64,000 nt of DNA from positions 3,410,001 through 3,474,000 of the forward strand of contig NC_047029.1 of assembly GCF_902652985.1 (NCBI RefSeq). Direction: 5' to 3'. A model generated the notes under the pieces. It made no database searches, had not been told where the DNA came from, and was given only the letters and a program-made list of their open reading frames with translations. Position numbers and translations under genes: made by a program. Source of the DNA: Pecten maximus (lineage: Eukaryota). Shown in pieces: positions 50,901 to 64,000 of this stretch (positions are counted from its first letter, which is position 1; each line of letters opens with the position of its first letter).

Positions 50901-53900
50901 AACTGTCAGCCAAAATTTCATCCATTTTCACATTTAAATGACACTGGTAAATATTCTTGCCGATTCATTATTGCCATAAAATGTTTTCCAGTAAAGTTTC
51001 TTTGTCAATAGATTTTTTTTTTTTATATAAAATTGCCATTCAAATAGTGTTTGGAATAGGTTAATGTATTCTGTAGTAAAGAGTACGTGGAAACATCAGA
51101 TGTGTTCTAATGGGTAGTTAATTAATACATGTACCAATATGTTCAAGATCAACCAAATTTATTTGGATTCTGTAAAAATCCACATTTTATTATTTCCTCT
51201 TCTGGAGCATCCACTACATCACAATAATACCAAGAATAGCAGTAATTAAGTTTAAATAAAGGCAGAGATGTTGATCGAGCAGCATATAGCAAAGTCAGCA
51301 ATAAATTATTTATTATAAGGATTCTTGTGAAGTTTTGAAATCCAAATTTATTAACAAGTCAGTTCTGTAGCATTTAAATGTATTCAGTCAGATTGTGATA
51401 CTGAAGGAATTAGCTCATTGCTGTTATACAGTGGAACAAAGTGAAGTTAAATTTTCCTCACACGCAGCTAGCTTTAGATTTTTTGCAAGCGAGAAGAAAT
51501 GTAATCTAATGATTACAGACATTGCTTAAATCTGATTAATAGGTCATTAGCAAAGAGGCACAGAGACTTGCTATCAATACTGATGAAATAGCTTTTTATC
51601 GTCCTGTGATATTTGCTTCAATGTGTAATATTTAATTATCTTTAGCATTATCATTTTTATAATTTTACAGAAATATTATCAGTATGATAATAGATTTTCA
51701 TTAATAGTACAGTATATGTCAGTAACAGATAAATTGTTCCATGAAATATTTGTGAAACGTGTTTCAGTATAGAGATTACGCCAGTCAGCAGTCCAATCCT
51801 TGTTTATCTTCTATTCTACTTGAGCTCTCCAGAATCCTGATGAAGACAAATCTAAGTTAATAAACCTAAATGTCAACCAGGTTCATGTTCTTAAACACAG
51901 AAGGCAGCTAATTCAGCAAGAATGCATGAGTTTTTCAGTATTTAGTCACTTCCAAAATCAGATTAACTAGGAATTACATGGTATCGTGTAATTTTTTCTA
52001 GTTCAAATTCCTAATGATTACCTGCAGCAAGTTTCCCGATGTGGGATTTTAGGATTGCTGTCCAATATCGTAGACATATGATACCATTACTGTTTGTTTT
52101 TGGTTTTAATCAAAAAAATTTAATTTAGTTTTAAACAAAACCATCCACTTTGAATTTTTTCACATATCAATGTAATTATATAAAAACAGTATTATGTACG
52201 TATGTATTTAATTTTATTCCATGATACTCATCTCCTGGGTGTTGAAATATCAATACATGATTTTTTTATGAGTATCATGGAATAAATGGAAGAAACCATA
52301 CTCTGAAGCTGTTGTCGTTGTTTAAACTATTCAGATTATTACTACGACCCAGCTGTCTTGCATACCTCCGAGTATCCAGTTGAGAAGGACAGCAAACCAA
52401 CATACATGTACCTACACCGGAAGTACATTTGTATAAACCACAGTGTTAACTCTGTTCCCTGGTGTACCTCTGTATTTAAATTTGGTGCGACAGTCTACCA
52501 TTATACCTCAATGTTAATCTGATGGGCTGCATTTATGAGTGCATAAATGCAGTCTAGATCACATGTATATCCAACAAGAGGATAAATGGTACATATAAAA
52601 TGGCAGTATTATAACAGCCCTGTTAATTGTAGAATGAAAAAGAATTGAAATACATTTATTATGATGTGTTACATCAATTTATAAAGATGACAGACAGATG
52701 ATGTTTATATCGACCATACATGTACATCTTTTCGGGTCAAGTTTCCTATAATGATTAATATTGGCACAATAAATATAAATATAATAAATATAAGTCCTGA
52801 ATATATGCTACCCAAAACTTATAATCATGCAGTCTGCAATAGTTTTAATGATTTACGAGTCAAATACATTTCAGAAACTTTCTAAGTGACCTAAAAAACT
52901 AGAGTAAAATGATCTATAAATTCCCGGATTCCGTGTTCAATAGCAATTTAACTTGTACACCTACGAAATATCAAGTGGTAATTGAGTACCTGAAAATAAC
53001 CTAATGTCAAAATGGGGCCAGCTTCCTCCTAGCAACAACAGCTGTGAGTTATTATTAATGCATGTGAATTGGTTAGCAAATTGGTGGCCCTGCGTCCAAA
53101 AATGACATGTTCAGAGAACAATCAAATAAATCTATCGCTTTAATCTAACACTAGGAAACAAATGGATCATTTTGGAGGAAATTAATTTTCCAATTGTAAG
53201 TTGGAACATATTGGAAGTTTTGTGTAAGGTGTGGAACAAGGTGAATGAATATGGTGGCACTTTACACAGGGCCACAAGTCACGGACCTGATTCCCTGGGT
53301 CACCACACCGAACACTGCATCAGAGTGGCTAATTGCCACCCAGACCTCAGACAAGAATCGTTCAAATATTTAAAACCACAATGTTAAGAAGTAATTTGTT
53401 GGAACACCCAGTCCAGAGAAGGCACGCTGGGTCTCGTATAACATGATCAGTTCTCACTTTTCACTCACCAGGAGGTGAGATAACTGATGAGTGAGCTAGG
53501 TTACCCAAGAGTGGAGCACTGCCTTGTATATAAACTACATGCAACTAGCTACATTGTATGTTATAGCATTAAAAACCAGAGTTCTGCCTTGTGTACAACT
53601 AAATGTAGAGCTCTATAAGTCAAAAACGAATGAAAATACTGACTTGTATATATATAAAACTACATGTGTAAAAGTAGAGAGTATAAGGTCACCTTACCAG
53701 CTCAGACTAGGGGGAATTTCCCTTTAGCCTAGTGGTAGGATGTTTGACTTGAGAGCGAAAGGTCGCTATTTGAAGCCCGGCACGGGCAGGGACTATCTTC
53801 ATTACCCCTTTCTATTACACATGAATCATAAGCTTTAAAGAATGACATATTTCAGTGAAGCTCCTCCATATTCCTCTATCCTTCAACAAAGTCTTCAACC

Positions 53901-56900
53901 CAAAAGACTCTAAACCTCCTCTGTTAAAGTACCAAAGACCAGAATAGTATCTATAACAACATGGAAACGTATCATATTACCAATCAAAGACTTGAACACT
54001 TTTTATAACAACATGTAGATGTGTCATGTTACCAAAGACTCACGAACACCATAACAACATGTAGATGTGTCATGTTACCAAATACTGGAACACCATAACA
54101 ACATGTAGATGTGTCATGTTACCAAAGACTGGAACACCATAACAACATGTAGATGTGTCATGTTACCAAAGACTGGAACACTATAACAACATGTAGATGT
54201 GTCATGTTACCAAAGACCGGAACACCATAACAACATGTAGATGTGTCATGTTACCAAAGACTGGAACACTATAACAACATGTAGATGTGTCATGTTACCA
54301 AAGACTGGAACACCATAACAACATGTAGATGTGTTATGTTACCAAAGACTGGAACACCATAACAACATGTAGATGTGTCATGTTACCAAAGACTGGAACA
54401 CCATAACAACATGTAGATGTGTCATGTTACCAAAGACTGGAACACTATAACAACATGTAGATGTGTCATGTTACCAAAGACTGGAACACCATAACAACAT
54501 GTAGATGTGTCATGTTACCAAAGACTGGAACACTATAACAACATGTAGATGTGTCATGTTACCAAAGACTGGAACACTATAACAACATGTAGATGTGTCA
54601 TGTTACCAAAGACTGGAACACTATAACAACATGTAGATGTGTCATGTTACCAAAGACTGGAACACTATAACAACATGTAGATGTGTCATGTTACCAAAGA
54701 CTGGAACACTATAACAACATGTAGATGTGTCATGTTACCAAAGACTGGAACACCATAACAACATGTAGATGTGTCATGTTACCAAAGACTGGAACACTAT
54801 AACAACATGTAGATGTGTCATGTTACCAAAGACTGGAACACCATAACAACATGTAGATGTGTCATGTTACCAAAGACTGGAACACTATAACAACATGTAG
54901 ATGTGTCATGTTACCAAAGACTGGAACACCATAACAACATGTAGATGTGTCATGTTACCAAAGACTGGAACACTATAACAACATGTAGATGTGTCATGTT
55001 ACCAAAGACTGGAACACCTATAACAACATGTAGATGTGTCATGTTACCAAAGACTGGAACACCATAACAACATGTAGATGTGTCATGTTACCAAAGACTG
55101 GAACACTATAACAACATGTAGATGTGTCATGTTACCAAAGACTAGGAACACCAATAACAACATGTAGATGTGTCATGTTACCAAAGACTGGAACACTATA
55201 ACAACATGTAGATGTGTCATGTTACCAAAGACTGGAACACCATAACAACATGTAGATGTGTCATGTTACCAAAGACTGGAACACCATAACAACATGTAGA
55301 TGTGTCATGTTACCAAAGACTGGAACACTATAACAACATGTAGATGTGTCATGTTACCAAAGACTGGAACACTATAACAACATGTAGATGTGTCATGTTA
55401 CCAAAGACTGGAACACCATAACAACATGTAGATGTGTCATGTTACCAAAGACTGGAACACCATAACAACATGTAGATGTGTCATGTTACCAAAGACTGGA
55501 ACACCATAACAACATGTAGATGTGTCATGTTACCAAAGACTGGAACACTATAACAACATGTAGGATGTGTCATGTTACCAAAGACTGGAACACCATAACA
55601 ACATGTAGATGTGTCATGTTACCAAAGACTGGAACACCATAACAACATGTAGATGTGTCATGTTACCAAAGACTGGAACACCATAACAACATGTAGATGT
55701 GTCATGTTACCAAAGACTGGAACACCATAACAACATGTAGATGTGTCATGTTACCAAAGACTGGAACACCATAACAACATGTAGATGTGTCATGTTACCA
55801 AAGACTGGAACACTATAACAACATGTAGATGTGTCATGTTACCAAAGACTGGAACACCATAACAACATGTAGATGTGTCATGTTACCAAAGACTGGAACA
55901 CCATAACAACATGTAGATGTGTTATGTTACCAAAGACTGGAACACCATAACAACATGTAGATGTGTCATGTTACCAAAGACTGGAACACTATAACAACAT
56001 GTAGATGTGTCATGTTACCAAAGACTGGAACACTATAACAACATGTCGCTGTGTCATGTTACCAAAGACTGGAACACTATAACAACATGTAGATGTGTCA
56101 TGTTACCAAAGACTGGAACACCATAACAACATGTAAAGTTCTGTGAGTTACTTTAAGACATGGGGTCCTGCCGTGTAGTTGAACATCTTAACTAATTCAC
56201 CTGTATTTTTACTATCTAATGTTACTCAATAACGACAAGTTACTGACTCTCATACATCATCAATGTACAAAGTCTCCTCTGTGGAATCCAAGCAACCCTG
56301 ATTGCTGTGCAACAAAATATCACCACGGAGACAAAGGTTGAGATGATACCAATAACTTATCTGATATAATCACAGGGAGAACATTCCCAGCTGACAGTGA
56401 ATTATGAAATATTGATGAATTATCAATGAAATTAAATAAATTATACTTCCACTGCAGCAAAATCTCAGATATATATGTTTGTAAAATTAAAGAATGTTTT
56501 TTTATTTTTAAAATTGAGAATTTAAAAATAAATGATTAATGTTTGCGGATTGATGGAGTGTGAGAAACAGGTTCTATTATCAATCTTTTGTGTCACTATT
56601 TCATAATGAATGTACATCCAATCCAAAATTTTGGAAAAATGATATACATCATAATTACAAACTTATAAGAGGCTTAAAGGCCTGACTCACTCATCAGAGT
56701 TTATTGACTTGGAGATTTTAGGACACATGTACTGATGAACTGAAAGGGGAAATAGCTTTCAATAAAATAGACAAATCTAAATACTTCTAAGAAACACACT
56801 GCTTATATATCATCATATTAAATCTACCAAATCAAAGGTAACTCAGATTTGTTTAAAAATTCTGGGAGGAGATTTCCAGATAAGATTCAAACCCTAAATT

Positions 56901-59900
56901 AAAGGAAGGTAAAGAAATTTGCAAAAATAATAGAAGCAAAATGCTACTAAAAATACAACTATTCCAAGGTATTCTATTTATATAAAGAAATTGTTAACCA
57001 ACATACAACGGATATTAGTGATGCTTTAAACTCAGCAGTCAGTATTAATGATAAGATGAAGAAATTGTAAAATTTTGTCAAAAATTAAATGGAATGTATT
57101 TCCTGAATCTGGCTGTGTCGTTGATATTAACCCAATGGTAGCTGTATTTCTGATAATTACCCAAGAAGAGACCCACGTTATAAATGTATTGGAGTCATTA
57201 CCAGTATTTGTCAGTTTTACTGACAGATTCAGATTGCTTAAGAGTAAATACTTCACATCAGGCTGTCTCACGGAGAGAGAGACCAGACCGCCAAACTAGC
57301 CCAAGCTAGACGGAGGGTCATCAGGGTGGGAGACATTCTATGTAGGTCCTGGTCCAGTGTCTCCGTAAACACCAATACTGCCATAACTTCTCTACGGACT
57401 GTTAAGGAGGAGGTGACCGGGTCAGCACATTTATCGGCTTGGGATTCTGACAACAAACTGACCAGAGCCTTGTTCACAATTCCCTTTATAACTGACCATA
57501 ACCATCAACAAGTGACCGCCACACAGAATGACCAATCAAGACTCAAGACATTAATCAATAAAGGGATATTGCTTTTTCAGTTGACTTTTCATCAAAGTAG
57601 CTTATCATCATATTTCTTCCTTGCTTTCCTAAGCCGAGGTCAAGTGGTCCTGATGCTGTTGTTACTGTGTTTGTGGCAATATGACTATTGTATTTGAGAC
57701 TAGAAGCCAATCCCAGAGTTCCACTGTTTTCTTTTGTTTTATAATAAATTATGTTATCATCAGAACTGTATTTCACCTCAGTAATATAATTATATTAAGT
57801 GGTGTTATAGCATGCAGCTATTTAATACATAAAGTGTGTTAATTAACACGTGTAAATTATCAAGTGAAGCAATGAATTGGTTCTACTTCTGCAATTAACC
57901 AAGCTTTAATTAATTGTGATATTACACCTTTGGCCGTGTATAGATCTTCAGACCTACCTCTCTGGTCATATCAAATGGTGGTTTCAGTGACTCGCGAAAA
58001 AGTCTTGGGAAAATATGTCGGTCAACATTTTAGATTTTAGGCTGAACCTATGGCAGGAGAGGAAAATGTAACGACCAGATCTAGATCAGCTAGGACTGAA
58101 ACTTGGAACCACTGAACTCTATAGACAGATGCTTGACCATTTGAGCTGCCTGACCTAGCCAGTCCACTTCCACAACATTCTTCTCTCCTTCAACAAAGAC
58201 ACACACAAGACCCTATACCATTTCCTGTGGATATTTACATGTAGATGGGCCCAAAAGGTAAACTGAGAACAAAAAATGCAACCACCAGACCAAGAATTCA
58301 ACCCAACCAGCAGACCAAGAATTCCACCCAACCAGCAGACCAAGAATTCAACCCAACCACCAGACCAAGAATTCAACCCAACCACCAGACCAAGAATTCA
58401 ACCCAACCACCAGACCAAGAATTCAACCCAACCAGCAGACCAAGACTTCAACCCAGGACTTCCAAAGTTTTGATGGATGCTCTAACTACATCTAGCTACA
58501 TATAGCGCATGTAACCACTGGTGTTTAGCCCATAGTCATGCTACAAAACTCTGGTTTAAAATATAAGGTCATGAATTTACACTTGTAATAAGAAAGGAAA
58601 AATATAATGACTTAATTGACCAGGACATGAACTTGTTATCTCAGAATTCTGATAGGAATATGTCCAATTATTTGATATATATGGCCACTGGCTTCCAGCC
58701 CCAACTTCAGTTTTGCTACACAACAAATCTTGGTTATTTACATGTAGTAAACAGAATCTTACATGTATTTCCTTTGCTTACAAGATTGATGAAACTTATT
58801 CAATTTCTTTATTTTTCAGTTTAGCGTGTTGCCAAAGGGATGCAAAAAAAAAACTCAATAGACTTATTTCTTTTAATTCAAAGCATGAGGCAGTCTTACT
58901 GTAGAAGGAAACCATACCAGGGGATAATTGCTGTGGTTGGACAGGTGACCCCATGCCTTTTCAGTCCAATCGGGGAATCAAACCCCTGTCACCTTGATGA
59001 AAGGCAAGTGATCATGAGTTACATGTACCACTGTGCCATCTGACCATCCAATACAGGAGAGGGTAAATGCAACACACAGACTACATTTGTATGATGTACA
59101 ATGTAGTTCCATTAGTATAATTCCTTCCTTTTTTGACAATTATACAAAGACAAACATGACACCGTATCTCACCTTCCAAGTTCCATGTGAGTACAGTAAA
59201 TGCATGTACTTAAAATCTTTATCTATGCAATAGGTGATAAAATTTAATCTATATGATATCTTACACTTCCTTTATATTTGGCAGTACTGTATGCTGTGCT
59301 ATGCACATATAAATTGAATAAATGTAATGTTACAGCATGAGCATATCTTGTTATATTAATGTAAACCCTTGTTTTTATGTATAATGTCGATTGTAAAAGC
59401 TCACCAAAGAAGCTTGAGTTGTCATGTTTTGAATATATATCGTCGACATCGTTAAATAAAATTTACTTGAATTGAACTTGGTGAAGTCTACTCCAATAAT
59501 ATTAGAGGTTTACACGACAGGAAACTTTTGACAGGCTGGCAATATCCACCAATATAATCAGGTGGAATAAGACCTCTGACATATACGTACATGTATAGGA
59601 GTACATGTAGGTGAAGTCTGACATGTCTTACTAAAGTAAGGTCCATTTAATTCTCCTTGAAAGTTCAAGGTACATACATTGTATGCTTTACACAAAGATA
59701 TACATCTGCACATGACACACAATCTTTATTATAACTTTACATTAACATTTATCCAGCTCACAGGTGTGTACTACAACAAGTGGTAACCACTACCAAATTA
59801 CATTATGTATCCTGAGTGTCGGGCAGCGACACCATGTCTGATTTGGTTTGGTTTGGTTTTATTTGTTTTACGTCCCACCATGTCTGACCGGCCGGTTAGC

Positions 59901-60178
59901 TACGTGTACGTTAGCCCGAGTTTCCTCTGGCCCTGACACCATGCCTGGTAACACCAACCTGGTGCCTAACTGTTACAAAACCTGCAAACTGCCAACTTGA
60001 CTTGATCCTGTGTTACATATTCCTACAGACAATAAGACGACATATCACTCATTGTTCGTAGTTCTACATTTTTAAGTATAAGACATATAGTGTGAAAGTC
60101 TAATAGATCGCAACGTATTAAAACGTCACACTCACAGTACTGTACCTTTAGTTTCGTGGCATCGGCGACACCGGCCAT
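44976..60178 (-). CDS. OVCA2: Esterase OVCA2 (FSH1 serine hydrolase family), 238 aa, 8 coding exons
   Basis: Exons: 60178-60146, 49713-49691, 48908-48838, 48150-48058, 46805-46684, 45957-45873, 45496-45356, 45124-44976; phases join. Motifs LKILCLHGYRQNAQTFRERTG, GWWFS, GPFDGVLAFSQGAAF (Ser), LHVFGDTDKVI (Asp), HPGGHFIP (His). The first exon is the least certain because of the 10.4-kb intron. Confidence 0.93.
46130..46723 (-). repeat. 53-bp tandem array made of the OVCA2 exon 5 3' end plus donor, about 11 copies
   Basis: Unit on the - strand: GAGTCACTGGACCAGGTAGCCCAGGCCATTAAAGAACAG|gtaaacttaactag. Confidence 0.92.
46950..47556. mobile_element. Degenerate HINE-like element with ~170-bp internal units
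   Basis: Recurrent ACAACATTA.ATCTCCTTTGCC.AATAATGC at ~47160, 47330 and 47493; CAAGTGGCCCAGAGGG-type end. Confidence 0.5.
47561..48025. repeat. 17-bp minisatellite TATTCTGTACACCTGTK in OVCA2 intron 4
   Basis: Directly visible; the overlapping ORFs are repeat translations. Confidence 0.93.
53930..56138. repeat. 44-bp minisatellite ATAACAACATGTAGATGTGTCATGTTACCAAAGACTGGAACACY, about 48 copies, OVCA2 intron 1
   Basis: Directly visible; highly homogeneous with one polymorphic C/T site. Confidence 0.97.
58280..58456. repeat. 25-bp tandem repeat ACCASCAGACCAAGAATTCAACCCA, 7 copies
   Basis: Directly visible. Confidence 0.93.
58890..59048 (-). mobile_element. Degenerate tRNA-derived SINE
   Basis: Minus strand GATGGCACAGTGGTA (A box) and GGGTTTGATTCCCC (B box); shares CAGGTGACCC with the 26600 copy. 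Confidence 0.55.
59842..59875 (-). mobile_element. 34-bp SINE 3'-end insertion with 12-bp TSD
   Basis: GGACGTAAAACAAATAAAACCAAACCAAACCAAA between CACCATGTCTGA copies at 59830-59841 and 59876-59887. Confidence 0.85.
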
Positions 60179-60399
60179 ATTTCTTCTTTCGTTTTCAACA
60201 AGGGACGCAACTCGAGATCTAAACAGGAATGTTCTAAATCGAGGCCCGGCATCGGTCAGTAAAAATTTCCGGAAACATCATATATAACATTGTGAATAAC
60301 AAGGTATTGGTAAATAGGAGAAGTTGGCTGTCGTCACACATCTGGAATATATGTTGTTTGAATATTAATATCTGCTGTACTGTAGAAAACAAAAATATC

Positions 60400-60820
60400 T
60401 TCTCAGGATTCTGACAATATAGTGCGTATCCAAGACGTGCTTCGTTTTATGACAAGGGGCCAATTACAAATCTTAGGATCCAGAGTGTGTACTGAGTAGT
60501 TAGGATATTACAAGACATCGATCTCTCTCCCCTCAAAGAAAGGAGGCAAATGAACAGACATTTTCCTCTCTATAAAGTAGTAGAGGGCCTGGTATCAGCT
60601 ATGCATCCGCAAGTTCGAGAAGTACGACAATAAAAAAGAAGAAGAAGAAAACAACCTCATTTAATAATTCGAATTATTCATTTTACCCGAATGCGATACT
60701 TTACTGGAACAAAAGTCGCTGCCTTCAAGACAGATACCAGGCTGTATCAAAAAGCGCGCGCTCTCTCTCCCGTCGCGTCTATGGTGACCGTATTTATTCA
60801 GATCCAAGACACCGGCCATC
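60400..60820 (+). mobile_element. Decayed LINE (CR1-group-like) 3' fragment
   Basis: Translates in part to QDIDLSPLKERRQMNRHFPLYKVVEGLV, resembling the L..L..RR....L..LYKIV.GLV C-terminal motif; disrupted. Confidence 0.45.
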
Positions 60821-61249
60821 AGGCCATATGTAAATCTAGTTCAAAATTTGGTTAAGTCGTATCATCATCAATTGCAACTAATTCCTTAAATTTCAGTTCG
60901 TAGTATAATGTACAATTATAGTATGAATACACATAGGGTTTTAAATGTTTTCCTTTCGTAGGAGATTTTATTTTATAAACGAGTCTTAGCTTGATTAAAA
61001 CAAATCCAAGATATTTCTATTACATGATTCAGAAAACTTCCACTTTGACACAGATTTTATTGTCAAAATATGGAGGTCTTATTCACCATTCACAATTCAT
61101 GACGTCACACAATTGTCTCAATTATGACGTCACAAACGATTTCTTACTGGCACGCACAACCAATGAAAAACGCTCCAGAGTATATACTATACTGACATAT
61201 ACGCTTAATTTGGCGAGTTCACCTGATCACAGGCCGACTATGTAATAAA

Positions 61250-62645
61250 GTAGGATACATGGTTAAACTACTGTCCTAAAATATAAGCTGTATTTTGGCG
61301 AGTTAAAGAAAGACAAAAGTGGCTCGCCTTGGCGAGCCACAAGGCGAGCCACATTTTTGCCTCTGTGCAGCTGTTTTCCGTCACTGCCGAATATAGTAAA
61401 AAAAAAAAAAAAATTAATATGTGGTATGTGTATTCCGACAATGCAGATGCCAGTTGTAGGAAAAATAGAGAATGCATGGCTTGTATGTTGCAAATACAAG
61501 GTTTATGTTGGTGCGAGGCTTTGCCGAGTTGTCTCGGTTTTACGTGTCGAGCACCAAAATAAACCCTGTGTCTTAACATACTAGCCGTGTATTTTGTTTA
61601 TCTTGCAACATTTTTCTGGTAGTTGACAACATTCAAAACGAACACATTTCCGTTCTGTTTACTTTTCTTGGGTATGAGTGACAACGAGTGAGGTGTACTG
61701 CTACAGTTGAGTGTAGACTAAAGGTTACACCCAAGTGCACTCCGAGTGCACTCCATTTGGACTTGGAGTGCACTCCGTTTGGACTCCAGGTAAACTTGGA
61801 GTGCACTCCAAGTGGACTCCGAGTCTACCTGGAGTCCTATAAGACACCGTGTCTGCCCCGGGTCTATAATCAGACTATATCATATATAAATATTAATACT
61901 TTGATGCTTTTAATATAATTTATTATAAATAAATAGATATTTACAAATTACTTTTGTTCTGTTCGTATTACTATTTACATTTGTTTAGTCTACTAGGAAT
62001 ATTTATTTTATTGTTAATACATGGTAATAATGCCTACATGTTAAATCGATATTTATTAAGATCCATAAAATACAGTTATACAATTTATGCTATAATCAGG
62101 TTTTTATGAAAGTTAATTTCTTATTATTTCATATTTTATTAAAATGTAATTAAACTGTATTTCATCCTAAAGGTCGATCGGGTCTACTATACCATCTCGG
62201 ACACTAAGTACTAGTACGCTTCACATTGGTCATTAGTCTGATGAAGGTGACAGTACTAGTGTATTCATCCAAACGTCACACTCTTAAATATCATATTGGT
62301 TGGGTTATATAACTTCTACCACAGACGGAATGAGGTGTTAACTAGCGCAATAGCAATTTTTATCCTGCAACTGCCACCGCATTGTTTCAATACACCCACC
62401 ATATATATTTTTGCTGTATACGACAGTGACGGAAAACAGCTGTAATTTGGAATCTTAGCACGCGCGTCAATTCGACTAGCTAACTTCCAAGTCAAACGAC
62501 GTTTAAAAAGGCGAACATATTTGGATTATTGTTGATACCGTTTCATTTAAAAATATTAATTTTTTATGAAAAAGGCTCGCCACTTTTGTCTTTCTTTACC
62601 CTCGCAAAAATACAGCTTTTATTCTAAGACACTGACCATGTATTC
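61250..62645. mobile_element. Non-autonomous DNA element with long diverged terminal inverted repeats
   Basis: 61272-61330 (AAGCTGTATTTTGGCGAG..AAAGAAAGACAAAAGTGGC) is inverted at 62572-62632, and 61369-61402 (AGCTGTTTTCCGTCACTG) is inverted at 62408-62441. Confidence 0.7.
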
Positions 62646-64000
62646 TCTATATATACTCAGGTAGTCAATACACAATTCATCCGATTAAAATATGTGTTGC
62701 ATATGCATATCTTACATGTACCGACCACAAGCAAAAACGGCTAAGTCTCGTTCCAAGTTTAACCCATTCAGACAATGATGACAAACGCTGTGATTTACAT
62801 GGAAAATCTCCTGCATTTTATAACTTCGTGGAGCACTTAAACAGGCTAAACTGAGAAGTTGATGAAATTAGCTATCCGATGTTTAAAATAACGTTGCAAT
62901 TACGGAATAGTGACGTCATCAATTCTTGAAAAAAGGACCAATTTGATTCGTAATCCCCTGTACGTTGTAATTCACGTTTTATTTACACCATACATCAATT
63001 ATCGGTATCTACATCAATCTAAAACTATCCCCGAACTTAAACATCATTTTGTATCGGCAGTGCCAGTCTTATTTTTCTAGGAATTGCCGAACGTCACCGA
63101 AATGTTTGCTTCTAAATGCCTTTGCTATGCTTAGCGATAGAAGAGACTAAATGACGCTGATCCAATTGTTTTTGTAGATTTATTACGATTATGAAAATTG
63201 CTGTTTTGGGAGTTGCAATAAAAATGTAACAATTTTATATTTCACATTGAAATATGAAAAAGTGGCGTTCAGATAATACACGGTCATATTTAAATCTCGT
63301 CAGGAAACGCTTTTCAGACTTACCAACAGGAAAGGTCGTCTGTCCGCAGACGGTTTCGTGGAAAATAATCACTCGACATAAAGCTAACCAGGACATCTAG
63401 CCCGGTTGTGTCTCCGATAATCCCCCCACGGATCTCCGTCATCAGTGTGGAATCCAAAGTGACATCCGACTTCGAGGATAAGATCCATCTTGGCAGAATT
63501 TACCTTACATCCGGGGAATTACATAAAGTCGGCTGTCAGTAACAAGCTAAGTGGAATTAAACGCGGGGATGAAGCATAAAATTTGTGTCAACCCTCGCCA
63601 TAACATGTTGTCTATAAACCATATCATATTCATATTATGATAAAAAAAATATTAAAAAAAAATAAGAAATTTGGGAGCCTAGGAGTACGTACATGAAGAA
63701 TAACAATGCACATGTATCATACTCTACAGGTACACTATATGTGTACATTGTTTGTGTTTGAGCCTGTCCGTGTGCCTGGAGTATCTTTGCATGTTTTATG
63801 GCATCTAGATATCACGCGAACTCTCATATCATTACATACCTGTGGAGGTACATGTACATTTGGTTGTACCTGTCATACGTTTGCATGCTGTATCCACATG
63901 GCTCCATGACGATCGTCTTTTGTTTGTGAGTTATATTGATGCTTTGCCAGTTTGTTTGTTTGTTTGTTATCGAGCGTACAGTATAACATATTTAAAAAAA

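Noticed and set aside
53710-53790. tRNA-like sequence
   Set aside because: Acceptor stem and T-arm are degenerate; at best a SINE head remnant
53930-56138. CRISPR-like regular array
   Set aside because: No unique spacers, no cas genes, eukaryotic context; it is a plain tandem repeat, as are the other arrays
62203-62222. Resemblance to the miR-252 5' end (CTAAGTACTAGT)
   Set aside because: The match does not extend past about 12 nt, there is no clean pre-miRNA hairpin, and it lies inside a repeat element

Overview
This is AT-rich eukaryotic DNA, probably from a bivalve mollusc (inferred from the repeat families). Three complete multi-exon genes were reconstructed by hand with consistent intron phases: MINDY4/FAM188B deubiquitinase (+, 9981-23039, 17 coding exons, one GC-AG intron), a sorcin/grancalcin-like penta-EF-hand gene (+, 28672-43446, two microexons and a U12-type intron), and OVCA2/FSH1-family esterase (-, 60178-44976). 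A fourth, unidentified spliced gene runs on the - strand, head-to-head with MINDY4. Introns hold two 5'-truncated non-LTR retrotransposons with very long flanking direct repeats (167 bp and about 220 bp, the latter duplicating an exon), tRNA-derived SINEs, Helentron/HINE-like elements, MITEs and many minisatellites. The most unusual pattern is that several intronic tandem arrays are built from splice signals: amplified 5' splice junctions, amplified exon ends, and an array of U12 branch-point consensus motifs next to a real U12 intron. No CRISPR array, rRNA or true tRNA was seen. Most short ORFs in the supplied track are spurious.
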